64,000 nucleotides of DNA from Octopus sinensis (lineage: Eukaryota): positions 15,066,001 to 15,130,000 of the forward strand of contig NC_042997.1 of the NCBI RefSeq assembly GCF_006345805.1, read 5' to 3'. A program made the position numbers and the translations under genes. Below are positions 11,567-24,788 of the stretch, in pieces. Each line of letters starts with the position of its first letter. Position 1 is the stretch's first letter. The notes beneath the pieces are model-generated. The model was given only the letters and a program-made list of their open reading frames with translations. It was not told the DNA's origin and did no database searches.

Positions 11567-14278
11567 ATTCAAGGAAAATGTGGTGGATCAATAAACTTTA
11601 TTAGAGTCGACACACGAAAATAGCAATTACATCTAATTAAACTTACGTAAATGCATAATTAGAATTGAAAATCTAAATGAAACCAATATAATTCTTGAAT
11701 TGCCCTATAAATACTGATTTGTTCCAAAATATCCTACAGCATGTAGTAACTTACCCTCATTGTGACTGTAGAGCAAGTTGAATAGTTTAAATTTGTTTTT
11801 TTTCAGCAATTTCTCCAACCCTAAGCTGAACGAGTTTGGTGAGGTTATATGTCAATGAAACTGATGTAGATTAAAATTATCTCTATAGTCATACGCTGAA
11901 AAGAATTTTGCAAAATATTTCCAACTAATCTCACATTCTCTTATGTTTTCAATTTTTGTGTATCTTTCAGGTGCAGTTCGTAAGCCTAGGACTTTATTAA
12001 GTCAAACTCTAGAGCACTGAATCTACTCGCTTCTCCTCTTGTCATCGTCGCTACTGCCTCCTTTCTCCTTCACATATCTAATCCCTTTTTTTTCCAAAGC
12101 ATCAACCCTTAGGAATTCTCTCCCACTTTTCTCCTGGAGTCGTCTGGTTAGAGAGATTCAAGCTAAAAAAAAAAAAACAACAGTATCGATTTTATCAGTC
12201 TCAGGGGTGCTTGAGAAGGTCGTGAGCACTACATCTCTTCCTTCTGATAAAGCTATAAAAATATCAACAGTGACCCGAAGCATCGATGTAGGACTATCAG
12301 AAAAGAAAGAATGGAAGAGGAAGATGCACTTTTATCTTAATGACGTCCAATAAAGAGCACAACGGAAGGAAATCGTGTAATAATTGGAGTGCAAATGGAA
12401 CTAAAAAAAAAAAAAAATTAGGGGTTCTACCTCTTTGTCAGATTACTGAATAAGTAATGAAAAAAGTGTATAATTTCAGTCTGGAGCGAAGTACTTCGTT
12501 GATTTATTGGTATTTTAATAACAAATAAATCGATATTAGATGCAGTTAACCTGGTTTCGATTTCCAGTTGTAGAAATGATACTTCACTTTATTTATGTTG
12601 CTGGTATTTTTTGAAAATACACAAATGTCCTCACATTTTCTCTTCCTTATAATAAATCTGAAACTGTAGATCTATGTAAGATAGATATTTAGATATATTA
12701 ATACATTATTTTTGTTAAACAAATATATATTGATGACCTTAGTCTAGTTTCCTATTAAATTAACAAGCATTTTTAATTACATAGATTCACAAAATATATT
12801 TAATGTAAATGTGGATTTATTATTGTGTAAAATTTTTTAGCGCCGATTGCATCTCCTGGGTGCCAGCGGAGTGAATATATGAGAGAAAAGGACGGAATGG
12901 TAAAATGACAGACGAGTATGCAGACAATTCGTCTGATCTCAATAAGAACCGGTCATATATTGATAAACAAAAATAAATTAAAAATAAACGTGTGGCGAGC
13001 GTTACAAGAACAAAGTAAAGAAGGTAATCAGGAAATGGAAATCACTTAGTGGTTGTACTTAGTAGAATCATTCCCAAGCGTTGAATTAGTGAGAGAAATT
13101 ATTCTTCATTACAGAAGTAGTGCGCGTCGCAGAATTACCGACAAGACTAGTTTATCAGCCAGATCGGATTCCATGCGGAAGTCCTACGGAAAGAAATGAC
13201 CGCCACAACAACCAATTTCCCTCATCCGGTATTGCACCTAAGAAATCGATAGTAATAATAGCGAGTAAAACGATGGAACCTCTTCGTTATCGTTCGACCT
13301 TTTAAAAACAGCAGCCAGATTTCTCTACCGTCTTAAAGTAATACATTAAATAATATGGTCCTAGATATATTATGCCTGAAAACAATTAAAAGAAAATTGA
13401 CGAAAATGCTTTGATCATCGCATTCCTCAATCACGGCAGGCCTCGGGCTAAACAGCCATAACATTAATGATCGAATCGACCGGCAAATCAAATGAGCAAA
13501 GCCGGTTTCTATATATATATAAATTTATTTGTGCAATTAACATATAGAAAGGTATGGAAGCCACAGCATCTACTTTCATTTAAATCATCACAACTATTTA
13601 GGTTAATCTAATGAAATAAATGTAGGAAGCATGGTGATTTACTGCAACTTCTAACTTCAAATCTCTGCACAATAATTGCTATTCAAATCCTGTTGGGAAC
13701 AAGTTAATTGTTCATTTTGAGACGATTAAATAAATATCACTCATATATTATTGATATCGATTCAACCGTCGCTAAATAAAGCTGGCCTTGTGACTTGTTA
13801 AAAGAATGAATGTGAATTTCGAGCAGAAATCATTGTTATTTACACATAGGTCTTTTCTGATCTTGCAGACTTATGATCAAAGGCATTCCAACCATGGCCA
13901 TCCCGTCTTATTTCAGGCAAAATGCATTTAGAACTACACTATCCAATATCTTCCTCTTATTTTTTTTAAAGACTGTGGTGTAATTTGAGGGGCAATTAGT
14001 TATTATTTCGATAACTTGAAAACATGTAAAATATAATTAAGGGTTCTCACGTTTATTTTTTAATGTATTCAGTACTTTAAATAATTCATCTATACGCAAT
14101 CATTTCGAATATGTATATTTTTCGAAATGATCTGTAATTATAGATGCGTGTGTGTGTGTGCGTGTAGATAGAATTTAGAATTATAAGAGATATCTTGTTA
14201 TTCATATTGGTTATATATCGCACTACACAAATATACCTACATATGTGTGTGCATCTATCTATATATGTGTGTATGTGT

Positions 14279-14470
14279 ATAAGTCAAAGTATATATAATT
14301 ATATGTGTGTGTGTGTGTAAGTCAAAGTATACAGAATTATATGTGTGTATGTGTGTGTGTATAAGTCAAAGTATACAAAATTATATGTGTGTATGTGTGT
14401 GTGTATAAGTCAAAGTATACAGAATTATATGTGTGTATGTGTGTGTGTATAAGTCAAAGTATACAGAATA
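14279..14470. repeat. Minisatellite, ~40-44-bp unit AAGTCAAAGTATACAGAATTATATGTGTGTATGTGTGTGTGTAT, about 5 copies
   Basis: Direct reading of tandem units. Confidence 0.85.
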
Positions 14471-16164
14471 TGTGTATTTCTTGACGTATACACGCATCAC
14501 TAGATTTTGGTGCAATGTTCAATCAACCACCGAAGGAACCAGGATCAGACCGAGTTCCGTTTATTTCCCTTTAATTACATCCTTCTCTTGTGTTCTTTTA
14601 TGTTGAGATTTCTTCCAAAATAATAAATAAATAAATACCCACCCCCAACAAAAAACAAACAAAACTGCTTCATGAAGCAGGAGCAGCTCTTTACAAAAGT
14701 AGTTGCAAAAATATTTCGCTCAGATGTTAACTAAGGTAAATACGCACCTCGAGGTACTTATTTCTAACATATTTTCTGTCCCATTACCAACACCATCCAC
14801 TTCACATAACTATACATAGGTGTGTGTGTCTATATTTCTATCTATCTCTCTGTCTGTCTATGTATTTATTTACATGTATCTATATATGTGTGAGTGTGTA
14901 TGTTTTATTTTCGACCCTCATGAAGTTGTTCTGTTTGTTATCTCAAAGGTCAGACTTCGAACAGTTTAAATTGCTGATTAAACCGAACGAAAGCCTGGAA
15001 TAACGAAACCACTTGAAACTAGAAACGTATATAAAGGAATCACCAAAAAAGAAATAAATATGTTGCTATCATTACAGCGAAGTACTGTAAGTAACCTAAT
15101 TATTCTTATTTATTTACATATCTCTTGGAGATCGTTTATTATTATGCTCTTATTGCTTCAAATCTTGTTCCTCTAAAGGGAACCCTCGACTTAATTATAT
15201 TAACCGTTATTAAGCCGGTTTTGTGCCAGAAAGGAAAAACTAACTTTCCCGACGTTTGTTTACGTTTTCTCTTAGAAAAACAATTTCTAAAAACTTACCA
15301 TCTTCCAAAATTCTTTATCCATTTGTTCGCCTTTTTATTGTTGCTGCTTTGATAATATATCTTTATCTATCTATCTATCTATCTATATATCTATCTGTCT
15401 ATTAGTGTGTCTCTCCAAGAGTTTATTTATCAATTTTTTTTAATGAATTGTGGAGCCAACAAGGGAACTCTGCTCAGTCGCTCGGCCTGCTAGAAACCTC
15501 AGTCAAATCTCTCTTAAGTCACACCTTTCTATCTTAAATAAATAAAGGACACATTAGATATTAATATAGTCCTGGATAATCCTAATGATAAATGGGTTGG
15601 TTACAATGCTTTGGATCATTGGTGCCCTGATTCAAGACTTACTAAGGACTAAACAATAATATATCTGTCTTGCGATGACTGTCTCTTGTTCACCCATATA
15701 CGTTTCTTTCTGCAAATCTCACTCACTATTTTAGTTTTTTGTCTGTCTGTCCATTTTTATTGCTTGTCAAGCCGTCTGTTTCTATTTTCAGCACATTCAA
15801 CCTCAGTATACCTTGTATTTTGGTTTAATTTCCTTCAGTACGGACTACCTTGACAATATAGGGTTATTTTATTCCTTTACGTTTATATAATACAAGATGT
15901 CTTACTGTTCTGCATTCCAAACGTGCCGGTGTTAAAGTAAATACCAGTAAGATACTGATACAACTACCTGCCTAACCTGAAATAGCTATGAAATAGTCAC
16001 TTGAACGTGGAACCAAGCATACCTATCGCATAAGGATCGTCGGTCGAGAGTCTAGCGCACAGACCCATTGCTTCGTCCGCCTACACACACACTTTCGTTG
16101 TTTATTCACAGATCAGCCTTGATTGAATCGATTCCAGATCAAAGGCGCTCCATCGGCGATAATT

Positions 16165-16211
<47 letters not shown>

Positions 16212-16860
16212 GTGCATCCGGGACAGTATCATGCAATGTGTCGTCCCCATTTTTAAGATAGTAATGTATGATTATCGAGAGATTTTGTTACTATTTCTAG
16301 CGGACTGAGGGACCTCATAGACACTTCCTTTTTAGCAATCAAGCAGTAGTTTTTCGTGTGGTGTAGTGCAATAATCGGAACCTCTGTTAAGTTGCCCGAT
16401 CTGCGAGAATTATTGTTATTATTTGCGGTCCAGATCTCACCCCCGCCTTTTTTTTTTCTAAACAGAGATAGTAAATGCATTGGTCTCGCATCACTATTTT
16501 CGATGAAAGATCTGGGACGAACCTGCGTACGAGGTGAATTACAGTATTACTGACCCACCAACCAACTCATGCTGCTGTTGTGGAGAAATGTCAATATTTA
16601 AAAAAACATTTATGATAGAGATGAATTTTGAGACTAAGATCTCTCTATCTCTCTCTCTCGTATATGTACAATCTCTATCAACTTTTACTTCTCTTTCTGT
16701 CTTGGTTGTTGTTTAGCTCTGGGTCAGACATGGCTGTCGCGTCCACTAGGACAGTCTTGTGTGTTATACCTCTTTAAGACCGTTTCGATTGATTTGAGGA
16801 TGGCTTTTGTTATTCCTAGCAGGACAAGCCAGCCTCGTGGCGGCTCGCATATCTGAGAGC

Positions 16861-17015
16861 ATGTGTATACGTGTACGTGCGTGCTTGCGTGCGTACGTGC
16901 GTGCGTACGTACGTACGTGCGTGCTTGCGTACGTACGTACGTGCATGCTTGCGTACGTACGTACGTGCGTGCGTGTGTACGTACGTACGTGCGTGCGTGT
17001 GTATGTGTGTGTGTG
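16861..17015. repeat. CpG-rich alternating purine-pyrimidine microsatellite (CGTA/CGTG)n
   Basis: Direct reading. Confidence 0.85.
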
Positions 17016-17806
17016 CTTAATTTTAGACTCTGTCGATAAAGTTACTATTAATAACTGACTCTACACTTTTAGCGAATCTATTTCCAGTTAATGTTCAGTG
17101 TTTTATGCTTATAAAAACAACCTAATTGAAGTATATATGTTTAATATATCGCACCAACATTTGGCGTCCGCTTTCCACGCTGGTTTGGATTAGACGGTTC
17201 GATAGGAACCGATGAACCAGAGGACTTTGCTGAGCTCCAGTGTCTACTTTGGCATGGTATCTACGCTTGGATGCCCTTCCTGAAGCCAACCTCTTCACAG
17301 AGTGTACTGGATGCTTTTTACACAGCCTGCGGAGGTCAAGTCACCAAGTAACTTGCATGACAAGCACACCCCACTCCAGCTCAACTACGTGGGGGGGGGG
17401 ATGTGGTATTGAGGGAGGAGAAAATATGATAGAAGGACAGAAACCGATGTCTTGCAGAAGAGGGAATACACGGCTTCCTCTAATTGGCAAGAGAGAGATG
17501 GTGAGGGCACATCCTAAATGTACAAGGTGAATATACAAGAGAGAATAAGGATAGATGAACAGAAAGGATGGGTGGGTAGGTAAGTTTGCAAAATTGTGAA
17601 AAGAGTGTGACAATTGATTAGAGATGGGGATTGAGGTAGATGCAATGAATGGGGCACAAGAATGGCAGCATGGTCAATAGTAGATATCAGTTTGGAGGGA
17701 AGTGAAGAAATAGGAGTTGACCAGGGAAGAGGAGAAAATGATAAGAGACAGTAATAGGAAGATGATGTGAAGTGTAAGAAGATAAATGGTATCATTTACA
17801 GCATCA

Positions 17807-18038
17807 AGGCGGCGAGCTGGCAGAAACGTTAGCACGCCGGGCGAAATGCTTAGCGGTATTTCATCTGCCACTACGTTGTGAGTTCAAATTCCGCCGAGGT
17901 CGACTTTGCTTTTCATCCTTTCGGGGTCGATAAATTAAGTACCAGTCACGCACTGGGGTCGATATAATCGACTTAATCCGTCTGTCTGTCCTTGTTTGTC
18001 CGCTCTGTGTTTAGCCCCTTGTGGGTAGTAAAGAAATA
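17807..18038 (+). mobile_element. tRNA-derived SINE family C (head GGCGGCGAGCTGGCAGAA), intact, with 18-bp TSD
   Basis: TSD GGTATCATTTACAGCATC at 17788-17805 and 18039-18056; B box GAGTTCAAATTCC. Confidence 0.9.
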
Positions 18039-18639
18039 GGTATCATTTACAGCATCTGAGTAGTGCCATAGTTGGAAGAGTGATGGAGGGATGGGTTGTT
18101 AGAAGATGAGTTGTAGGGGAAGGCTTGGCAGGACCACATTTTTGCAGAGATGGTCAGGTCATCTGAAGCACTGTATGTTGCCAATCATCTCGGTCCTTTA
18201 TCATCTCTTCTTTGAGATTCCACACCTTGAGGTCAGTCTGTGCTACTTCATTCTGGGTCCCCCTCTTCTACATGTCTTGTCCACGTTTAGTAAGTGGCAC
18301 TTTTTTATGTAGTTATCATATTCTTGTGCATCACATGACCATACCGGCACACCATCTAATGTCTCTTATGCTCAATTTTTTTCTCAATACATTTCTACTT
18401 TGTTATACATGCACATTGACACTGCACATACAACGGAGCACACAAGCTTTGTTTTTTTTCACAAAGTTCAACATGCATGAACAAATTCTAAACAATAGCA
18501 TAATTGTAAATTTAAAGAATAGAAATTTTTCCAAACCATCTCTCTATAAAAACTTCATTACCACGCAACTCAAACCTGCACACCTAAAGATGATTTTTAA
18601 CACAGCAGAGACTATGTGCAGGCAAAACTAACTTCAATG

Positions 18640-21010
18640 CATTGCAGTCTGATGATGGCTTAGATGGCCGATACTTCAAAGTCACTGTCAACAACATCCC
18701 TCCCTCCCAGCCTTCCACCACCCCTCCTACTTCTATCCCATCCACCCTTTCTTCACTTCAGTCTGTTGTTACAAATTCCTGATCACACCCTCTCTGAGGC
18801 GGAGTGCTCCCTCCTCAGTAGGGGTCTGTGCTTCATCCCCCTCACTCCATCCAGCAACGAATTTCGGACTCGTGCTGATATCCACACTTTGTGCGCCATG
18901 TTAGGTTGTGTGCACTTTTCTGTGACACTCCACCTGCATCTAATGAGGAGGACTGCTTTGCTGACCATCCCAGTGGACGCCAGCTCCTGGCCAGTTCTAA
19001 GCGGTTGATCTTTTTGCGGGTGCCTGCCAGTGTGCTGTGGACTGGTTTAACTTTTCCAGGCGTCTCCGTCATCTGAACATCTCCCCAGCCGAACTCTCGA
19101 CCCATCGATGTCGCCGACACTCAATGACATCATCATAAAACCGGCTGACAAGGATGGAGCCATGGTGGTGTGGCACATGGACCTCTACAAGGTGGAAGCT
19201 CTCCACCAACTTCATGACACCTCCTTCTACTGCTCTCTGCCCTCCGACCCCATGCCCAGCTACCAACAGACTGTGTCCTCCACTGCCCATGACCTCATCT
19301 CCTCCTCCCGTCTCCCCTCACCGCCTCCAACCTCATTGTCCACACCCATCGCATCCCCACAATTTACTTCCTCCTCAAAATCCACAAACCTAACAGCCCC
19401 ATCGCCTCCGCCTGCAACTGCCCCACCGAACTCATCTCCAGATATCTTGACTGTGGCCTTGCCCTCCTAATGGCTTCTCTCCTCTCTCACATCCATGACA
19501 CCAACCATGCACTTCGTTTGTTCAACTCTTTCTCCTTCCCTTCTGGCCCCCTCTAAACCTCTCTTCACTCTCGACATCCAGAGTCTTCTTTACACAGTGA
19601 TTCCTCATCAAGAGGGGCTGTGTGCACTCCTTGACCTTCAACCCAACCCTCAACCTAACACATCCACACTCGTTTGTCTGGCTGAACTTGTGCTCTCACT
19701 CAACTGCTTCTTGTTCACTGGTGATTTTTACCAGCAAGTCTTGGGAGTGGCCATGGGAACGAGAATGGGCCCCAATTATGCGAACTTGTTCATTGGCTAC
19801 GTTGAAGCCCAAATATTCTCAAGTTTCACTGGTCCCACTCTCAAACTATGTGGTTGTCATATTGATGACTGTATTGATACGACCTCACTCTCCCGCGAAC
19901 ATCTAGACTCCTTCCTCTCTTTTGCCAAATCTTTCCATCCTGCCCTCCACTTCTCTTGCACTATCTCTGACACCTCTGTCCCCTTTCTTGACATTTCATT
20001 CAGCATTCATCACTCTATTCCCACCACCTCCATCCACTATAAACACACAGACTCACACTCATACCTCAACATCTCCTTCTCCCACCCTAAACACACCAAG
20101 CTCTACATCCCCTATTTCCAATTCCTCCGTCTACGCAGGCTCTGCAGTGATGACCATGACTTTGAGACTCAGTCTCAACTCATGGCTCAACACTTCATCC
20201 TATGTGGATATCTCCTCACCACTATCTACACCCCCTGCACCTGTTCCCCTGTCTCCTGTTTCCCCTCACCCACCACCCTACCTCACCATGCACCTTTCTC
20301 CGAGCCTTCCGGCAACTCCAGTCTGAACCCTCCACTTTGTACATTTTCCCTAACCGACCCCCTCCTCCTTCAAACGAACCCACAACCTACGAGACTTCTT
20401 GGTCCACAGCTTCTTCCCTAACCCAACCTCCCAACCTGGCTCGTTCCCCTGCTCCCACTCACGCTGCCGCACTTGTCTTTACCTCTCCAACACCACCCAT
20501 CGTCAACCCTATCATATCACTGGTTCCTTCTTCTGCACTTCTAGCAATGTCTTCTACTGCATCTCCTGCTCTCTCTTCCCTTCTATAAACATCAGGCAAA
20601 TGGGACGCCGCTTGGCTGACCGGTTCGCGAAACACCTCCGAGACATCTGACTTGGCAATGACACCCCAGTCTCATGCCATTTCCGGTTTTGGGGGCCACT
20701 CTTTGTAACACCTGTCTGTGCTCGGATTGTCCTTGCACAGGGGCCATCAAGACACCCATCTTTGCCGTGAACAGGGATTAATCTTCTCTCTTCGCTCCTT
20801 TGCGCCACATGGGCTCAACTCTCCTTTCCTCTCTCTCTTCCTCTCACACCTACTTCCTCCCACCACCTCTCCTCTCTTGCTCCGACTCCTATTTCTTCTC
20901 TTCACTCCTATCCTCCCTCTCTCTTCTCTTCACTCCTACCCACCTTCTCCCTTCCCCCTCGCCCTTCATTGTCAACCCTCCCTCGTAACCCTACCCCCTA
21001 CACAATCCAA
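18640..21010 (+). mobile_element. Penelope-like retroelement (RT + GIY-YIG endonuclease), frameshifted
   Basis: IIIKPADKDG, LFTLDIQSL.YT.IPHQEGL, GVAMGTRMGPNYANLF, HIDD, and CTSSNVFYCISC...RRLADRFAKHLRDI spread over ORFs 18664-20650; hammerhead motif at the 5' end. Confidence 0.85.
18644..18688 (+). ncRNA. Type I hammerhead ribozyme motif with a core mutation (GAAA to GATA)
   Basis: GCAGT-CTGATGA-T-GGC(TTAGATG)GCC-GATA-CT(TCAA)AG-TC|ACTGT; stems I, II and III all pair. Confidence 0.65.
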
Positions 21011-22271
21011 CCCCACCTAGTAAACCCATGCTATAATGACCTTAATATCTGTAGTGTACACAAAACCAATTGGAATGGGCAAATTTTTTGCAGCTCCATT
21101 GAGATTACTTTCTACTTAACAATTAACACACAAAAGTATTAATTCTCAGTTTCAGTATTTACTGAAGAAACTGAAGATAACACCAGAGTCCTTACCAGGA
21201 TCTTTGCTTCTGCTGAATCCTTAACAGGATCTTTGCTTCTGCTGAAAAAAGAGGTAGTTCAACAAAGTACAAATCTCTTGAGAGAAAAATTGGGCATAAG
21301 TGGCATGTTGGTGCAAAAGAGAAAACTGCACTAGTACTGCATTTGGCTGAGGACAGCTGCATAAAGAAGTGATGGTCATTAAACATGGATGATACTCATA
21401 AAAGAGAAAGTTCCAAGAAGTTGTATGAAGAAGTAGTGAAGTTTCGCGTCAATTTGTTGAGCCTCAAGGAGGAAATAACAAAGGATTGAGGTGATTGGTA
21501 ATTCGTTATGCCCAAGAAGTCCTGTCCATCTCAACAAAAATGATGCCCTGAAACCATATTGTCAATGTCTAGCCCCATCCCACTGCTTACACCTGATCTG
21601 TATCACCTGTCAAAGCTTCCCAGCTACTTAACTTTGTAATGACCACCTCTCCTTTAACCCTTTGACTCCAGTACTATTGCTTAGCTACTGAGATTGTATA
21701 GCTCTTATATAAAATCCATTCTGTCTGAGTGTGTCTTCTCGGATCTTGGGCATCCTCCATCCAATTGCACTCAAATTTGATATGTAGATACTGACAGTAT
21801 CAGGGAGTGTATAAGTCTTGAAAAAATTATAAAAATCGATTCCAGGTGAGAATGCGATCGATAAAGCCGTTTTTGTCCTGCTTTTCTTCCGTCAACCTGT
21901 ACATAACTGCACCTTCCATTTTTTGTTGTTTTTGTACTGCTTAAAGGCACGTTTCTTTCCTGCTAAACTTACTGTTTAAACCATGTTTGTGTTCTCCCAG
22001 TCAACAGCCTTATCATTACTGGTACTTTAAACTTTTTGGTTGCATATTTGTGTGAATAAAATCGTTTTTCTTTGGAATAGAAAAAAATATCTTTATTTCT
22101 TCTTTTGCTGGTGTCTCAAATTTAGGTTAAATCAGTGTTTCTCAGAGACGGTCGGACAAGTTGTTTTGAGAAAATTTGGTTTAAACTCAGCACCGTCCAT
22201 TGGACGGTGGGGGGAGGCATTTTGCTCGTATATATATACTTTATTTAAAGCAGCAGAAAATTCAACAAAAT

Positions 22272-22309
22272 CTGTTACTCTGAGTTTCTCGTTGCCGTTC
22301 ATCAGACAG
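22272..22309 (-). ncRNA. Minimal type I hammerhead ribozyme
   Basis: Minus strand CTGT-CTGATGA-A-CG(GCAA)CG-A-GAAAC-TCAGA-GTA|ACAG; GNRA loop II, quasi-palindromic stem III. Confidence 0.7.
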
Positions 22310-22619
22310 TTTTTGCTAGAATGGAACCGATATATCAATTCAATCTAGACTCTTACAAACGCTACACCTTTTATATATATCTACAGATATGGAAATATTT
22401 TATTCTCAAATGCATAATAATAATGCTGAATAGCATAAATTGGATAGAACATCCTTATATTGCTGAAAAATGTGTTAGCGGCCAGTCATGAGACTCAAAC
22501 TGTGATTACCAGTCATAGTGCTTTACTTATAAGCTTAAAGAATAAAATATTTCCATATCTGTATATTTCAAAACATCTCAATGCTTCTTAGAGAAAAAAA
22601 ATGCAAACTGTTTGTTTAC

Positions 22620-22650
<31 letters not shown>

Positions 22651-22654
22651 CCCC

Positions 22655-22890
22655 TCCGACTGGCTCCTGTGCTGGTGGCACATTAAAAGCACTATCCGAA
22701 TGTGATTGATGGCATGTAAAAAGCACCCACTACACTCTTGGAGTGGTTGGCATTAGGAAGGGCATCCAGCTGTAGAAACATTGTCAGGTCAGATTGGAGA
22801 CTGGAGCAGCTGCTGGCTTTCCAGACCTCAGTCAAACCGTCCAACCCATGCCAGCATGGAAAGCGGATGTTAAACGATTATGATGATAAT
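22655..22890 (+). mobile_element. Family E repeat
   Basis: CCCATGCCAGCATGG plus (GAT)-like tail. Confidence 0.7.
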
Positions 22891-22891
22891 G

Positions 22892-22933
<42 letters not shown>

Positions 22934-22936
22934 GTG

Positions 22937-23243
22937 GAGGCGCAATGGCCCAGTGGTTAGGGCAGTGGACATGCAGTTGTAGAATCGCGGTTTCGATTCC
23001 CAGACCGAGCACTGTGAGTATTTATTGAGTGAAAACACCAAAAGCTCCACGAGGCTCCGTCATGGGATGGTGGCGATCCCTGTTGTACTCTTTCGCCGCA
23101 ACTTTCTCTCACTCTTTCTTCTGTTGGCCTGCTCGCTTAGCCAGCGGGGTGGTGTCATTTGAAGGCTAAAACAATGTGAAGCGCATTGTGACCAGCGATG
23201 TGTAGCAACATCTGATAGCCTGGTCGGTCACATGATCACGTGA
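22937..23243 (+). mobile_element. SINE family B, tail type b
   Basis: Family B head; tail TGAAGGCTAAAACAATG..GGTCGGTCACATGATCACGTG. Confidence 0.8.
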
Positions 23244-23256
23244 TATATATATATAG

Positions 23257-23640
23257 GTGCAAGTGTTGCTGTGTGGTAAGAAGCTTGCTTCACAACCACT
23301 TGGCTTTGGGTTCAGTCCTGCTGTAAGTGTCTTCTACTATAGCCTCAAGCTTACCAAAGCATTGTGAGTGGACTTGGAAGACAGAAACTGAAAGAAGCCC
23401 TTTGCATGTGTGTGTGTGTGTGTGTATTTCTGTCTTTGTGTCTATGTTTGTCTCCCCACCATCACTTGGCAACTGATGTCGGTGTGTTTACATCCCTGTT
23501 GCTTAGCGGTTCAGCAAAAGAGTAATTACTCAGCTTATAAAAAATATGTCCTGGAGTTGGTTTCTTCTGTTAAAACCCTTTAAGGCAGCGCTCCAGCATG
23601 GCTGAGTCAAATGACTGAAACAAGTAAAAGAATGAAAGAA
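23257..23640 (+). mobile_element. SINE family A, older copy
   Basis: Similarity to family A. Confidence 0.7.
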
Positions 23641-23674
23641 TATATATATGTGTGTGTGTATGTATGTATGTATG

Positions 23675-23723
<49 letters not shown>

Positions 23724-23734
23724 ATGTATATATA

Positions 23735-24215
23735 GGGGACAGCTACTTTTGAGAAATCTCGAGTTGTGCATGGGAAAGTAAGGAGGGATGTCAGGAAGGG
23801 CATCATTGTTACGCTTCCAGATGGGAAGGGTCTTGCTATGATGCTGACATACAGTGTCTGAGCAAGACCCTGCCTCAGTGAAGCTGGACTCAAGAGTCAT
23901 CTTCATAGTCATAAAGCGAGACAGATGAGTGACAACCTGGTCACTGGTGGTGGTGTTACACACCATACTAATCATATTTGTCAGGCATGTGGAAGAGAGT
24001 GTAATTCGGCAGGAGGACTTAAATGACATGCCAAGGTACATGAAGCCCAGTTACAACTACAGCTGGCTATTGCCAGTAAAGGTTTTAGCTGCCAATTCTG
24101 TACAAGACATTGTAGATCTTTAGCTGGGCTAAAAAGTCACATTCGATCACAGCACCAATAACAGTTAAGCTTCATGCAATGGCCATACTCGATAATGAGG
24201 GGGCAGCCATCATAT
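23735..24215 (+). pseudogene. Degenerate RTE LINE 3' fragment
   Basis: Frames resembling RHVEESV..DLNDMPRYMKPS and LAANSVQDI..L.GLKSHIRS (C-terminal end of RTE ORF); ends with a (TA)n tract. Confidence 0.5.
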
Positions 24216-24375
24216 ATATATATACTAACTGAATAGCCCGTCATTCCCAGGCAATTTTTACAATAGACTGTCTTATTTAAATTTTTGTTTATTCCATATC
24301 AGACCATGTCTTCTCCAACAAAAAGGCCTCTTGATTAGGACAGATTTGGGATCTTTGTGGTTTTCGTCACTCTCT

Positions 24376-24788
24376 TTACTCTTCTACTCTTTTACTTGTT
24401 TCAGTCATTTGACTGCGGCCATGCTGGAGCACCGCCTTTAATCGAGCAAATCGACCCCGGGACTTATTCTTTTGTAAGCCCAGTACTTATTCTATCGGTC
24501 TCTTTTGCCGAACCGCTAATGTGACGGGGACGTAAACACACCAGCATCGGTTGTCAAGCAATGCTAGGGGGACAAACACAGACACAAACATACACGCACA
24601 CACATATATATATATATACATATACGACGGGCTTCTTTCAGTTTCCGTCTGCCAAATCCACTCACAAGGCATTGGTCGGCCCGGGGCTATAGCAGAAGAC
24701 ACTTGCCCAAGGTGCCACGCAGTTGGACTGAACCCAGAACCATGTGGTTGGTTAGCAAGCTACTTACCACACAGCCACTCCTGCGCCT
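24376..24788 (-). mobile_element. SINE family A, full length
   Basis: Near-identical to 1-413. Confidence 0.85.

Noticed and set aside
17340-18240. Possible inverted Penelope 3' remnant preceding the plus-strand Penelope
   Set aside because: Similarity is limited to CT-rich composition and a few short matches; not supportable by eye.
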